Shown: positions 35,682 through 50,092, counted from the whole stretch's first letter. The stretch: DNA of 63,440 bases, filler included, from Rhabdomonas costata (GCA_019059605.1; 28 parts of 28 records of this genome joined end to end with filler, not necessarily neighbours in it), one strand, 5' to 3'. Notes: a model not told the origin generated them from the letters alone. Numbers and translations are program-made.

Positions 35682-38600
35682 CTGACATAAAGAAACAGCT
35701 TAGATTAAAGATCCCCAAAAGCTAGCGGGCTGCTCACAGTATCGCGCAAGTCCCCGTGCCAGCCCCAGACAGCGCGGGTTTTGGTTTGGGGACACAATCG
35801 TAACTCCGAACAGTTGTGTTTGTGTGCCCTTTTTGCTTGGTTGAGCCACACGCACTGGCAGTGTGCTGGCAAGTTGCAAAAGAAATATGATTTTAATAAA
35901 TAAAAGGCATTACTTCGGCAGTGTAACCAGAAAAAAGGGCATGTTTCCCCGCCCCCTGGGAAGGCTTCCTAACCCCATCTGAAGGCTCCTATGGGTGGTA
36001 GGCATGGCTCCGTAACTCCCTGCAAGACGAATGCGAAGTCAGCCTACTGGAAATAACCTTCACGAATATGTTCACACAGCTTCACAAAAAGGTCAGCGTT
36101 GCCCATAATGTTACGCCACTGGAACTTCTTCACCTACCACGGAACGCGGTCAGTATTTGCACCACCTTTGGCCGCCAACCACACTTTTAGTTGTCCCCAA
36201 ACACCCCACCNNNNNNNNNNNNNNNNNNNNNNNNNNNNNNNNNNNNNNNNNNNNTTAATTAATTAANNNNNNNNNNNNNNNNNNNNNNNNNNNNNNNNNN
36301 NNNNNNNNNNGTTTTGCTTGTATATCAGGGCGTGCTCGTGGGTATTCTCTTGCGCATTTGTACCCTTCTTTCTTTTCTTGTGTTCTCAGCTGGCTGTGCT
36401 CGAAGTTTGGTGTGCCGTTGAGCCGCGTGTCGTCGTGAAGCGTAAATTGGGTGTGTTGGCGGTGGCTGTTGATTGGCTTTCTGGTCGCGCCTTTCGTGGT
36501 GCTCTGGTTACTGAGAGAGAGAGAGAATGGGCCCTGGTAGATCAGGAGCTGGTGACATTCTCTCCCGTATGCCACGAGAGTCAGCTCACAGCTCAGCGTA
36601 CTTATTTTCTTGCGAGAGTCAGGAGATGCTTTTCCTTTTTCCATGTGGATGGGTGGTAAGGGAGTCTTTGCCCATCTTTGCATGCCGGCATGATTGGTGC
36701 GATTGCAAGGCCGAGTGGCGGGATGCCATATGTAAGGGATATGTGGCTGTGCGTGCGGGGTATTTTTTGTTGGTCTTCGGGACACTTGTCTCTTGAGACT
36801 GGACTGAATTCTGGAAGGGATAGAGCCTCCGCCCCCTCCTCCCCTTTTACTTTCTCTTATGTGCGCCACCTACCCCCATCTCATCATCCGCCCACTCTTC
36901 TCTTTTGCTTTACTCACATAATCTGTCTCCGAACCTGCACGCGTTTATTTCCTGACGCGAGTCCGACAAGGTGATACAACTGTGCCCTTAAAGTGTTGAC
37001 TTGGAAAAAAAAGGTTGGCCTTCCTCCGCAGTGGCTAAGTCAAACACCGTCTTGTTCATCGCTCTGTACCTCAGGAATTTGGCACAGTTTTGTCCGCAGC
37101 TGTGATTAAAGCTTGAAAGAGGCTGGCGTGGGGAAATCCATCTCGCAATGCATTTGTCAATCCTTCCTTTTCTTCTGTGGCTTTGGCATCTCGTATACCC
37201 TGGTGCAACCTCACTCTTTGCCCTGAGCATTCTTGTGCAAGCTTTTTCCGTGGTCCGTCATGCAAAGCTGGAAAGCGGTTGTGCAGGTAAGGCTCTGCTG
37301 CCCCCCGAGCAATGCGATCTTTATAAAAGAGATGCTCTGTGATAAAAAAACAATTGCCTGTCCTTTTTTCGTCCACGCTCTTCTTTCGATCTGCAGACCG
37401 CTGCTGTGTCTCTTCCATTGCAAGCTCTTTCCAAAGAATGGCGATCCGGTTTGTCCACTCACCGTATTCCTTCGAAGGTTTCTTTCAGCCTTCCCCACTC
37501 CGCCTTTTAGGATACATCCATCGCGATTGTGACGCTGAGGGGCCACGCCAGAGTTGTACCCCTTTGTGCATTGCTCAAGGCGTCGCCTCACTGTGCCCTT
37601 TTTCTTTGTGCGGGTGATGGTTTTCCACAAGCCCAACCAGCTCAGAGAACTCTCGCAGAAGCACCCCCGAGTCCGCTTCTCTTCCGCGTCCTGTCTGTTG
37701 TTCCATCCGTCTCTTTTTCATTGATCACAGGGATGGTTGCGGTGTCGGGATTGCCACATCGCCCTGCTTCGCCTTCCCCTGCGTCGCCGCCTTCCCCTCC
37801 GGCGGCGCAGGAAGAGCATCCCAAGTAAACGTGTGGGGTCATTGTCTCTTTTGATCTGAAAAGTTTCGGGGTCGGGGATGGAATATTTTGCTAGTTGTAT
37901 GCTAATGCTCTCACTCCGAGGTGGGTGGCTTTTCTGGTGACACTGAGTCGACATGCTGAGTGTACGCCGGGAGGTTTGGTGAAATAGAATGCATTACCTG
38001 TTGTCTTTTCAGTACCTCTGGTATGATTGTTGGTTGTTGTGCTTGTAGCTGGTTTCCTTGGCTGAACCGATGAGTTTTCCCTTGGGCCTTTTGCAGTGCC
38101 TCTGGTATGAAAACCTTCGACGCTAACCGCGTGGTTAGCACGCGACTGAGCCCCCCGCCGGAACTCCCGTACCAGGCGCCACCACTCTTCACTGCCTTCC
38201 CGACACTGGCTGCGTTACCACTGCAACCAGCCTTCAGCTCACGCTCGTCCCTTCCACGTCACTCCCTGCCTCTCCCCACGTCGACTGAGGTAACTCTGCG
38301 CTCCTCCACCACGACACAGCCACATCCCCACGCCACTGTGCCAGCCATCTCCTATGAGCCCCTGATCCCCCCAGGAACCGCTCAGGCGCGCCGGCAAATG
38401 CAGTGCCCTCTGATCCTGCCCTTTGAGGTTGCTGCAATGGGTGCCCGCACCCACTCATTCCCGCCGCCCACCCAAANNNNNNNNNNNNNNNNNNNNNNNN
38501 NNNNNNNNNNNNNNNNNNNNTTAATTAATTAANNNNNNNNNNNNNNNNNNNNNNNNNNNNNNNNNNNNNNNNNNNNTGTTTGTTGGACCCTCAAGGTACG

Positions 38601-39068
38601 AACTGAAATTAACCCATCAGAGATTCGCTAAAATTCCGAGTATCTCAGACCTTACCAGTCCGCCGGACCTTACCGGGTAATGGTGCAGACTATGTACAAG
38701 AGGGGTGAAAATTGACACCATAACGGGGGGTTCAAGATGGCAAATACACACAAACGCACCTAGGCGGTATTGCGTCGCTACTGTGTCTGCTCTGCTGCAC
38801 CATTTTACTGTTGCTTTTGCGAGCTATGGGTTTGCAGTGTGAACATCGGGGGCTGTGTCCAAGGGAGCAATGTAGCAAGTAGCTTCTATGACCTTATTGA
38901 TCACGAGTAACGAGGGCGAGGGCGGCGGGGTTTTCTTGGGGGATCGTCTTCCACATAAGGAAATTTCCTTGCCATATGGCATGTGGTAAGACGCTATTTA
39001 AGATTATTTGTGCACAGGTGGACTATCTCTACTTATTTCCGTCGTGGGATCGAGTACACTCAGGAATA

Positions 39069-40238
39069 ATGGGGAGGATTTTTTCCTTTCTTCTTCTGCT
39101 GTTCTTCGGGCTGGGCTATTCACTCGGAGTAGATCGTCCGCGGTCCAGCGTGAATCCTCATGTGGTGGATGTGCTTTTGCGGACCTACGGGGGAGACGTC
39201 GACTTCGTGGGCTTTGCCCTCCGCGGCCTGGACCGGTTCGCTGGGAGGCTCTTCCGCGCTGTTCACATCGTCGTCCCGAAGCAAACTGTGCCACACTTCA
39301 AGTTTCTGGAGCGTCCGCGATCGGTGTGTACGTGTGTGTGTGTGTGTGTGTGTGGTCGCGGGGGAAGCGGGACAGTTCAAGGGCACAAGGGCAGTATGCA
39401 ATTCATGCACCGTGTGGTTTGCATGAGCTTGCTGCTTCTTCTCTGCTGCCACTGAGGTTCCGACAGTTGTAAGACGCCATTCCGGTGAGGGGGTGCGTTC
39501 CCACCCATCCCCCTGCCGAGATCCTCCACCCCCCGATTCTGGTATCTACTGCGTCGTGGTCATGAAAACGTCTGCGTCCAAAGCGTGGCTGGAGTGCTTC
39601 GAGGTTGTACCTACCGACGTGTAATATTAGAGTAATATTTAAGAGAAGGTTTATCAAAATTCAAAAAAAACCTCTGCGTGGAGCGTGGATGGTCTGGATG
39701 GTCAATCTGTGTTGTTTGGCATCCAACGATGGGAAACGGTTTTGCAAGCCTTCTCCCATCTGCCTGGACTCTTTTCTCCTTGAACTTCCGCATTTGTTCT
39801 CATGCCATTGTTTCTGAAATTTATTTAATCTCTGTCCTACTCCGGTGAGGTTCCTTCCCTTAAAAACTACCTGAAGACGATCCTTTCGTTCCTTCAGGTA
39901 GGAATGAGTCATTTTGAACCCAGCCGCCTGATACAGGCTCAGTGGCACCGCGTGCATACCACGCCTCGTTTCATGCAACGGATGGTTGCGTGCTTCTTTT
40001 GTGTCTTTTTATTTTTCGAAGTGGGACCTCATTCCCCGATACCTTCATGGTGTGGACGAATTCACCAAGGGCTACAACCAGCAAATGTACGACAAGATTC
40101 ACTCAGACGAGTTCTCCGACGCGGAGTTTATGTATCACCTGGACTCGGACCTGGTGATGACGCGAGCGGTGCACTGGTCGGACCTTTTCTCGGAAGACTT
40201 GAAGCCCTGGCTACCCCTGCGCCGCTGGGAAAACATGG
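39069..40238 (+). CDS. GT-A-fold glycosyltransferase-like protein (DUF6492-like) with signal peptide/anchor
   Basis: Exons 39069-39323 and 40022-40238: MGRIFSFLLLLFFGLG...VDVLLRTYGGD...ALRGLDRF...|...GYNQQMYDKIHSDEFSDAEFMYHLDSDLVMTRAV, with a DxD motif (DSD). Confidence 0.7.
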
Positions 40239-43200
40239 GTGAGGTGTGTATCCTAACTCGCAACTGTTTTTGCACTGCTATCAGTTACGGTGTACTGTTT
40301 ATGCAGTGTATGCAGGCATCATGGGGCGTACTGGCTAAATTGACCGGTAGTTATTTCCTACCCTCACTTCCCGGCGTGTTGTGTTTATACCAAGTATAGT
40401 CCGGAAAATGTTGGATGCTCAAGAATCTCGTTGCGAGGCCTTTCATGAGCTGTTTTTGGCTCGTGAGTGAGACCTCCGTTGTGATGAATAGTGAGTGAAT
40501 ATTGTACTTGTCTTATTGAAGCATGTATGCCATTGTTTAGGTGCTTTAAACTGGGGTTTCAGGGCACCCTGGGTAGAAGGTGTAAAAGGAAGTACCCAAC
40601 GATAACCACAAGGGTTTTTGGTACAGACAGACGGCCTTGTTGCCGAGTCTCCCTTCCCACCCCATCTCCACCCCATGTCTGCTGACACTACTTTGCGCAA
40701 TACACGTTCCCGCTTCTCAGAGCCAAGTTTGGAGAACCAAAACCNNNNNNNNNNNNNNNNNNNNNNNNNNNNNNNNNNNNNNNNNNNNTTAATTAATTAA
40801 NNNNNNNNNNNNNNNNNNNNNNNNNNNNNNNNNNNNNNNNNNNNGGGGTTGTGTTGTGTTGGGTGAATTTATGCACAAATGCGTGAATCAGTATAAACTC
40901 GTGGAGAAAGTGTTCTTATACTTTTTTGTATTTTATTTTCCTTACATTCCATCACCTTTCTCAATCCTGGACCACTCTATCTGCACGGCCATTGGTCTTG
41001 GTCTTGCCCCCGCTGGTGCAAAGTATGAAACGCGCCTGTGCGCACCTGCCAACCTTCTTCGCCTGTGCCTACACCTGCACTTCCCCAATTCACCCCCCTT
41101 TCCAACCTCTCTACTGTTTCTTCTGTGCATTTGTTTCCCTCATTCTATGTGGCTCTCTGATGTGTGGTCTCCGTTCCCTTCCGCCGCCCAGGTCTCTTTT
41201 GTTCTGACCACACAAAAAAGGGAGATCAGTCTCCGCCGCAACTCGGATTTCATCCTTTTCAAAAACAACGTGGCTGTTTGTTTGTAATTTCTCGGTGTCG
41301 TTGTCTTTTGCCCCGGAATGGGTATGGGCACCCCGTTTATGCGGGCATGACCTTATGACTAGCGCACCAATCGGTATTGCAACCCTTGTGGAACGCCCCG
41401 TGCTTGGCACATCCCTGCGTCCCAGCGTCCCAGTACCAGAATTTTCAAGATTAAACTTCTTGTGGTCAAGGTGCGAAAAAACCGGCTCCCGGGATGACGG
41501 CACCCGAAAACTAAGACCGACGGGTTCAGACCCCAAAAATGGGACAAAGCCGCTCTTCAATACCGGCTGCCGTCAAAGGGGGCCCATCGAGCATGAAAAG
41601 TCGCAACCATTAGGCGCGAAGTTCTATTGCTTGAGTTGATTTCTTTTGTTCTGTGTGGAGCTTAATGTCCTTGCCCGTGCTCTAAAAGAGCGGAATACTT
41701 ACTGTATACATGGGCTATTGCTGGAAAGTTAGCAACTTTGGTTTGGCTGGTATGCAAATACATGAGATGAATGTTCAGTGCACAGAAGGATTTTGTGGTG
41801 ACACCTGGTGGTATTGTTTACCCCAACTATCTTGTGTCAAATGTGACCACGTATATGTGAACCTCCTAATGGCGTCACGTGCCTTTGCCAAGAGTTCTGC
41901 GGATTGAGAAAAAGAACGGTAAAACAAAAACTCACACAGATTAAAACCGCAAATAGGTAACCGCAATTTGTTTAAATAATCTTAAATAGGAAGCAATCAG
42001 TGAAAGTGCACTTTTGATGAAACGAAGATCCAAAGAAAGAACGTGGAAGCCTCCATCTTGTAGTGAACAAAACTCAAAATCCATACACAAAGTTCTCATA
42101 GTCTCAAAGCCACACCCCGTTGGCAGGCTATATTTTCACCTCCAATTTATATATATCACACTGCAGAGACAACTGGTGCCATTTTTCAAAAAAAAATCAT
42201 TCACATCCTGGCACGCAAAAATGCTGTGAAGGACGCTCTTGAATGTTTTCTTTAATCTTTTCTTAACATTTACGACTGCGCATAGCATTAAATTAATCAA
42301 TGAAATCTATTTTTGCATCAAAATTAAGTGTACAACTTCAAACGTCTCTTCGAAACTTTCAAAATTAGGAATCTTGCAGAACCTGGCACGGAGAGTTGTT
42401 TGATTAAGGTTCAGTACGTTGAATGGAATGAGTGAGGCATGCTAAAATTGAGTTTCATAGAATGCAAACTTACTAAGTACTTACTAAGTACAAAAGCGAC
42501 TGTCAATATCTCTCTTTTCTGTCCTCTTTCAGTCAGCCCCGTTTTTTCAAACAAAGTTTCTATTCTAAAGAATTTTGTTTTTTATAACTACTTGTAGGAT
42601 GTCTATAGTTGCAGAACGTGTTTTTGCACCACACTGGCGGCACCTCATTGCATTTTTAATAACACAACATTTTATCAGAGCCTTTTTATACCTTTTTTCG
42701 AAATCAAAATGCGCGAGTCCAAATAACACCAGTTCTTCTCAGACAATCTGTTTGGATTTAAAATATGGTTTGATAGAGAAAAAACATGATCTAGGATCCA
42801 GATGTGTGCATTTTTTCTTCGGTACTAAGATCTGACTTAGTCCAATTATAGGTTTTAAAGCAGCAAACTTTCTGACATTTTACATGCAAAGCACATTTTC
42901 TTGTTGACTTATAGAAAGGGCATGGTTTTTGTGGGAAAAATATTAGAATTAGAACAGTAAATTGCTAATAGTTTATCTACCAGCAACAGATCTTAGGCCA
43001 TAGACATAATTTCNNNNNNNNNNNNNNNNNNNNNNNNNNNNNNNNNNNNNNNNNNNNTTAATTAATTAANNNNNNNNNNNNNNNNNNNNNNNNNNNNNNN
43101 NNNNNNNNNNNNNTGTGTTTGTTAATTTTTTTAACGGGGGCTTCTTTTTCTTTTTTTAGGAGCTCGCTTTGCGCTTTGGGTCGTCATACTCCGTTAGTCA

Positions 43201-43416
43201 CTGCAAGCTTTGTTTGAAAACGGCATGCGCAAAGTAAACGAGCACGGTAAGAAACCGGCCAACGCGGTCTCTTTTTCCGCTCGCAATAATCCCGCCACCA
43301 CTTCGCAACTTCCGGAAACAAAAATTAACAAACGCCCACACCCAGATAACCCAGGCCCGAGACTGAGAGCGACACAGCGCTGTGGTGACTGGAAGCCTGG
43401 GGACGCCCCTGGAGAG

Positions 43417-43419
<3 letters not shown>

Positions 43420-43465
<46 letters not shown>
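43420..43465. repeat. (CA)23 microsatellite
   Basis: Seen directly. Shorter (GA)n at ~20552-20574, (GT)n at ~39333-39354 and (CAGT)n at ~62886-62909 also occur. Confidence 0.95.
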
Positions 43466-43466
<1 letters not shown>

Positions 43467-45660
43467 GCAAGACACAGAAATTGCCCACAGAAGGTTCTTG
43501 TAAAAGAGATCATGAATGTCCTCAAGAGTACCAAAACAAAAAAATAAATTGTTCTCAAAAAAAGAACATTTAGAAAAAATAGCAAATTTCAACCGTCCGA
43601 GCCCGATAGATTTTGGAAGAAACCTTCCTAGGATTTATACACGTACGCGACAAACACTGAAGCCATTTCACCATGACTGCAGAGAAGGGAAAAGAGCTCA
43701 TGAAAAAGGCAGAGAAAAAACTTAACTCCATTTGTATATTTGGTCTGTTTTCCCTTTTTCTGCTTCGCAGAGAAAGGTCAGCAAAGGGGGCGAAATCTGC
43801 ACAAATCTGTCTTCGCCCGTGAGCGTCCTTTTTTACCGCACTGCTGCTGCTTCAGCACAACCAACAAGCGAAACGGGGTCCTCATCGGTGATACCCCTCC
43901 CTTCCTGTCGGTCATCTTCACCACTGCTTGACGGGAAACGAGGTCACGAGATGGCCATCATGGAGTGGAGTAGAAGTTGAGGAACGGAAGCGCGTAGCGG
44001 TGGAGTGACGAACAAGTACATCTAGGGAGTGAGGGAGCGCAGCGACCTCACGACCAGCAAAGACACGAGCGCAGCGAGAGACATGGGGATAGAAGGAGGA
44101 ATGACGAGCGTAGCGAGGCATCTCACCAACAGCCAACATATTTTACCACTATGTGGGGTCTCTTAGTCTTTCGAGCCCCTCCCATACCATACATGAACTC
44201 AGGGAGTGGTTCTGACCCTGCGGAGCCTTAACTCTTCTACATTCCTCTCTTGGCATCCAACATCATGACTCTCTCTGTGCTTCATGTTGGTGGGTTTTGT
44301 CATGGGTTAGCAGTGAAATTCTGACACCCCACCCTTTACCCTTTCATCTTGCATGTGGGGCTCGCCGCCCTCCACTCCGCGTAACTCCCTACATCAGGGT
44401 CAACGCATCACCCGGTCTGCCTAACACGACCTGGGATGTAACGCCTTGACCACCAATGGCATCACAACATCCACTCCCAGCACTGGACTCACACAGTAGG
44501 TGCAACCGAAGCCAAGGGGAGAGGATGCCTTGACACCACCAAGGTGAGACGCGAATTTGTGACACCATGCGACTGCCACCACCACCACCACCACTACACA
44601 GACGAAGGGTTTAGGGGGTTGTGACACCTCCACCTTTGTACTGGGTAGGTCGCTGGGTTGCCAACATCGCCACGACCACCTGATGATCACCAACAACGTC
44701 ACTCCAACGGTGTCATTTCCTTGGTCGTAGCTGCTGTCTCCTATCCATCCGTCTCCCTCCACGCTCATCGACAACCCCAACCAATGATAGAACCCCTGAA
44801 TCCCTGGGCAGCCACACAACGTCGAGAAACCGGTGAAATGGGAAATAGCAAGGTTGACTAAGAATCGTTTCAGCACAGCACAAACGAGATACACGCACAG
44901 CACTGCCCATGAACAACGAACGCAAGAACCCCATACCAACACCAGAAGCAGAGCCAGAAACAGAGACACGAACCCCAACCCACGAACCCGCTACGCCGAC
45001 AAACTGCACCATGATCACTTGATCACCAATGAGACCCAAATTTCGAGAACCGGCTTCATGGAGAAGCGAAGTACTACGACATAGGGCTTCTGAGATCTCA
45101 TCCCTAGGCACACTATTGGGCAGGGAACGTCAACATCGTGGATATCGCAATATCCTCCGGACCGGCTATTTGATCGCTTGCCACTCCATTGCAGGCTAGG
45201 TGCTTGATCTGTCGAGTAGAACTAATGCACACTCATGGTTTGTCAACTGAAAGACGCTGGTGTAGAGACAGAAGGCAGGACGTCTGGTATAGCCGCAANN
45301 NNNNNNNNNNNNNNNNNNNNNNNNNNNNNNNNNNNNNNNNNNTTAATTAATTAANNNNNNNNNNNNNNNNNNNNNNNNNNNNNNNNNNNNNNNNNNNNTT
45401 TGTGGTGTACTGCAACGGATAGAAGACTTTTGCATCCCCCCCACACACACTCTAACACCATTGCAGTACACCGCAGGCACACCGAAAAGACAAAGGAACA
45501 TTCAGAAAACCAGAAAAATGCGAACCAGTCGTGTGTCCCGTGCCCATCGGTGCCCGGTGTAGCATCGGTATGCGTTGAGACAAGAGCGAGAGAGAAAGCT
45601 GGGGGGGGGGTTGCAGTGAACAGAATGCCTAACAAAAGAGTGGTGGCGGTGGTAGTGGGT

Positions 45661-46583
45661 TCAGACCCTCTCGTAGGCCCTCTTCATTGCCAGCACAGTT
45701 GCCGTGGGGACCTTCTGCCAATGGTGCAGCACCTCCCGCGGCAGGGCCCGAGAGAGGCCCCCGCAGGCGGGGGGCTCCCCATCCTCAGAGAGCGCAGGGC
45801 TGCCCGGCCGTGGCACTTCTGTGTTTGCATGCGTGTACGGGTCCCCCGACTCCCAGCCAAGATAGAATATCAGGCACAAAAACAAAACACAACATCAGGA
45901 GCACAGGAACTGAAACGAATAGAAAACAGTATGCACAACACAAGGCCGACTAAGTGACATGGGGATAGGCATCAGAAGAGGCCGTGCGAAGGGGAGGTTT
46001 GATAGGGGAACGAGAGAGGGAGAGAACAAGAAAAGTAGGGAATGAACGAGAGAGCGAGAGAGAGAGCGGAAAACAAACGAGCGGAAAAAGACGGGTCGGA
46101 GAGGGGCGAGGGCAAAGAACCTGAAAGAGAAAAAATAGACAAAATGCACTTCATGATTCTCGCCGATAGGGCTTCGGAATTCGGTGGCCTCACAAAGCGT
46201 GGAGCAGGAAACTCCTCGTCGGACCCGATGCCATTTTTGTTGGGAACCGCCACTGCAGCCACGACGCACTGGCGGTTGAAGCGAAGAAATAAACAGCAAA
46301 TAAAAAAGTGCCCACCCGTCATGCTCAGGGGGAAGTTGTACGTGGTGAGGGCCACGCCCAGCCCCAGCGGCAGGAAGGCTACCAGGGGCTCGTACACCGT
46401 GACAAGCTCGGACTTCCCCGGGACGGTCATGCGGCCCACCTTGCGGAACTCAATGGGCTCACCGCCCATCTCCTCCTCGCTGGACCCATCCAGCGCCGCA
46501 GAGGGGGATCCAGGAGGCGACGAGGAGGCAGCCGAAGCGCCCAGGAAGGTGCTCTCGGAGACCAGCACCACAGTGCGGAGGGT
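45661..46583 (-). CDS. C-terminal end of a class III nucleotidyl (adenylate/guanylate) cyclase
   Basis: Exon 46583-46316 reads TLRTVVLVSESTF...IEFRKVGRMTVPGKSELVTVYEPL, matching the ILVSExT...RxxGxxxVKGKxExVxVYE tail of the cyclase domain. The downstream exon(s) to the stop at 45661 are tentative. Confidence 0.75.
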
Positions 46584-47757
46584 CTGCATGGAACCCACAG
46601 CAGTAGTCCCCTTCTCGCACACGACCAGCACCACAGACACAGACGCAGACATAGGCACAAACACACACACAGATACGGATACACACACAGAGTTGGGAGT
46701 AAAGGGTAAACACGGGTACGGATACAGTCAGGTACCAAAATCGGCCCGAATTCATATCACGGTCCACCAACCTGGTCTCGCTTAGGCATTGGGCTCAAGT
46801 CAACTCTGGATCCACCCCAACCAGGCCTATGTGGAACATGGGGGCCAGCAGGTGCCTGAGGTTGGGGGCATAAGTTGCCTCGGCGCGCTTACATGACCGG
46901 AGTCTCGTTCCGTGGCGGAACTTTGCATGGTTGCAGGGAAGGGTCACACACACAAACTGCTCTCATCGCACATATTTGGAGGATGGCGAAGGAAGAATCC
47001 ATCGGGAAATGCAAATCCCGGTCCCCAGGAGAAGAAAGCGTCACAATAGCAGTCATTAACAGTCAAACACACACACAAATCTGCATGGTGAGTGGGACGT
47101 ATCAGAAGAAGGAATAAAAGCAAAAAAAAAAAAACAGAACAAAAATCAGTCAGGCGGACAACCTGTCAGAGGTGCCATCGAGTGGGTTTCAGTCGTGCAG
47201 GCAACCAACAGACAAGGAGAGAGGCATGGCGTGGCGAAAGCCACAAAGGCATGATGGGAACAGGCGCTGCTCAAACTTGACACCCACACAGATACGTGCA
47301 GGTCGAGACAAGGAGCTTCCGAACGGGGCCCTTGCAAAATCGAGCCCAGAGGGACCTTTCACGACACACACACACACGACCCCTTCCTGACACATCTGCG
47401 ACATTCATTGGCTGCAGGCTAAGCTCTCCCCTGTATTGTATGCATGGACATGGGTTCAAATAGACACATAATAGAAACATAGATACATCCATAGTCACAC
47501 CCACGACCAGAACTACACCACCCCGTCGCACAACAACGGACTACATGCCCACTGCACAAAACCACNNNNNNNNNNNNNNNNNNNNNNNNNNNNNNNNNNN
47601 NNNNNNNNNTTAATTAATTAANNNNNNNNNNNNNNNNNNNNNNNNNNNNNNNNNNNNNNNNNNNNAACTGACGCTAATTTCTGGCGTGACGCTTAATCCT
47701 CGATGCACTGAGTGTCCGTGGAGGAGGGTGGGTGGGCGGTCGACAGAGAGCAGGCAC

Positions 47758-49833
47758 TCATACATCCAGTCGCGCAGGCAGCGCATCATCCACCGAAGCC
47801 CACGGGGGTCGCTCTGGGAGAGGTTCTCTCGGAGATCAAACTCCAGAGTGTTCACGGCGGCTTGGATTTCCTCCTGCACGAGCAAAGCCACGAAAATACG
47901 CGTCTTAGAGGAATTTTCTTTGCTTGTTTTGTCCCCTTTGAGGAAAGCGCAACCTTACTTCGGCCAGTCTTCTATTGGAGTCACAGAGGATATGCGCCAA
48001 AAAAAAAAGTTGAAAGAAGGCCGCCAAAGTACTTGAACTCGGAGGGGGGGGGCAAAGCACAGTTGCTCATTGGGACCTTTGCGCCGTATATTCCGCTTTC
48101 CGGGATTATTTATAAAGGAAAAACTTCAGGCTGTAACACCAGTCAACTCATTCAACTGCTCGCCCACCCATCTGCCAGTGGGGATTTTCATTCTGGTGAG
48201 TGGTACTTGGCTGCAGGGCGAATGTGCTCATTTTTCTTGGGGTACCCTGTACCGCGGCCAACCGCTGCTGCCTTTCATGTGAGCCCGCGCCGCGCGAGAA
48301 AAAATGGGGATTGACCTTGAACCCCATGAGTGGAGAAGCCTCGTAGTAGCAAGAAACCAAGCCTTCTTTCATTCCAGAAGTGGACCCCATAATAATAGTA
48401 ATATAATATAGTAACAGAAAAGTGCCGTGCTGCCGACCTGCTCAAAACCGTGCTCAACGTGGTGCCGGATGCGCTCCAGGACAACCTCGACCACCTTTTC
48501 AGCGTCCTATGCAGGGTGACACGTCGAAGCTGCATTGGATGTGGAGAAGGAGAGCAAGAAGAACCTTGCAAAATCTATTGGCCACAAGAGGAGGTGCGGA
48601 ACCCTTTTCACAACAGCTCGCCAAGGAAAGCTCCCCACTCCAGCTTCGTGGCCCATAAAAGGGTTTTTACAATCCTCTCTCTACGCAGAAACTGAATCCG
48701 AGGTTTGACTCAACAGGAACAATTGATTTGCGCACATATAGGTGCGAAGTCCTTCGCCGGGGAATGTGCGCGTGATAAAAGGTCATTGTCTGGAAGCCAT
48801 TGTCGCATGGGGGTCGAAGGAAAAGCTCAGGTGAGAAGGAGAAATCAGGGAGAGGGGACAGGTCCCAATCTCTTTCTTTTGTCTGCAAAACGCTGTCTCC
48901 TAACGGCTTGATCGTGATTTTTGCCGGACTCTGGTCCATTTGCTTCTTCCCTTCCCCTCACCCCTCGTTTGTGTTTTGGACGAGGACAGTTTGGGTGTCG
49001 GGGCCGACCTGGCTGCGGATGTCCTTCAGCCCCACCGAGAAGTACTCCTGCTGCAGGCCATCGTCCGACAGCCCGGCGTTGATCACGGAGCTGCCCAGCC
49101 CGCTATCCGTGAGGGCTTTGGTCAAGCTAGATCCCCGAGTGCCCACCAGGAGATGGCTAACCAACGAGAGCTCCAGGAACTCCTCCACCGATGGCACTTG
49201 CTAACCAAATCCAACCCCACCACCACAAACACATTGACTGCGACTTTTCGGGTGTGTTCTTCTTCCTCGAATGGGGAATCGCTTCGGCGTGGCCTTGTTA
49301 TCGGAATCCCACACTCACCTGGGCAAATCATCGGTTGGCACCTGTTTCGCCAGGTCGGCAGGACTCAAGGTTGCCAAAAGGCTAAAAGGCACATGACCCA
49401 TAAATGGCACCTACAAACCAAATCATTACGGACCACTCGTTTCACCAAGAAGCACTCCTGGGCTCCACCCGCATGTTATCAAGCAGTTGCGGCAGAAAGG
49501 TTAGACTCAGTATGCATTGGAAATGCGGCCAAGTTAAAAAACCCCGAAATGGATCAATAAAGCACCAAAAAGAGGACTTCATATCCGCATATTCGCGTTC
49601 TCAAGGCATCTTTACCGTGGAGGTCTTTCCGCCGCGCTTTCCTCTTCCGGTTCTTCTTGCCCTGGATGTTTTTGTTGAACACCAGACTCTGGACTAATTC
49701 CAACTGTGGCAGAACTGTGGCAGGGAAAGCCGACAGCGGCGCGAGCATTCACCCGGGTAAGGGCCCAGCTGACTGACACCACGGCCTTCTTCTCCAGGGG
49801 CTCCTCCGGGCCCACGGCGTACCCCACACCACC
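47758..49833 (-). CDS. PITRM1: Presequence protease (pitrilysin family M16C; PreP/PITRM1/Cym1), internal fragment
   Basis: Exons 49833-49753, 49200-49009, 48506-48438 and 47873-47758: KKAVVSVSWAL...LVSHLLVGTRGSSLTKALTDSGLG...FSVGLKDI...|DAEKVVEVVLE...GFEQ|EEIQAAVNTLEFDLREN...PRGLRWMMRCLRDWMY. Confidence 0.9.
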
Positions 49834-50092
49834 NNNNNNNNNNNNNNNNNNNNNNNNNNNNNNNNNNNNNNNNNNNNTTAATTAATTAANNNNNNNNNNN
49901 NNNNNNNNNNNNNNNNNNNNNNNNNNNNNNNNNCCCCTCCCCCTCACTTGTCCTCCCATGCCCCTCCGTTCAGCTTCTGTGCACAGAGTCGGGGGGGGGG
50001 GCTGAGGTTTGGGTGCCGGGGAGGAATTCACGTGCTGCCCTGCGTACACACACCTGCATTGCTGTAATGTTTGCCGGGAATCTGTCCCGCAG

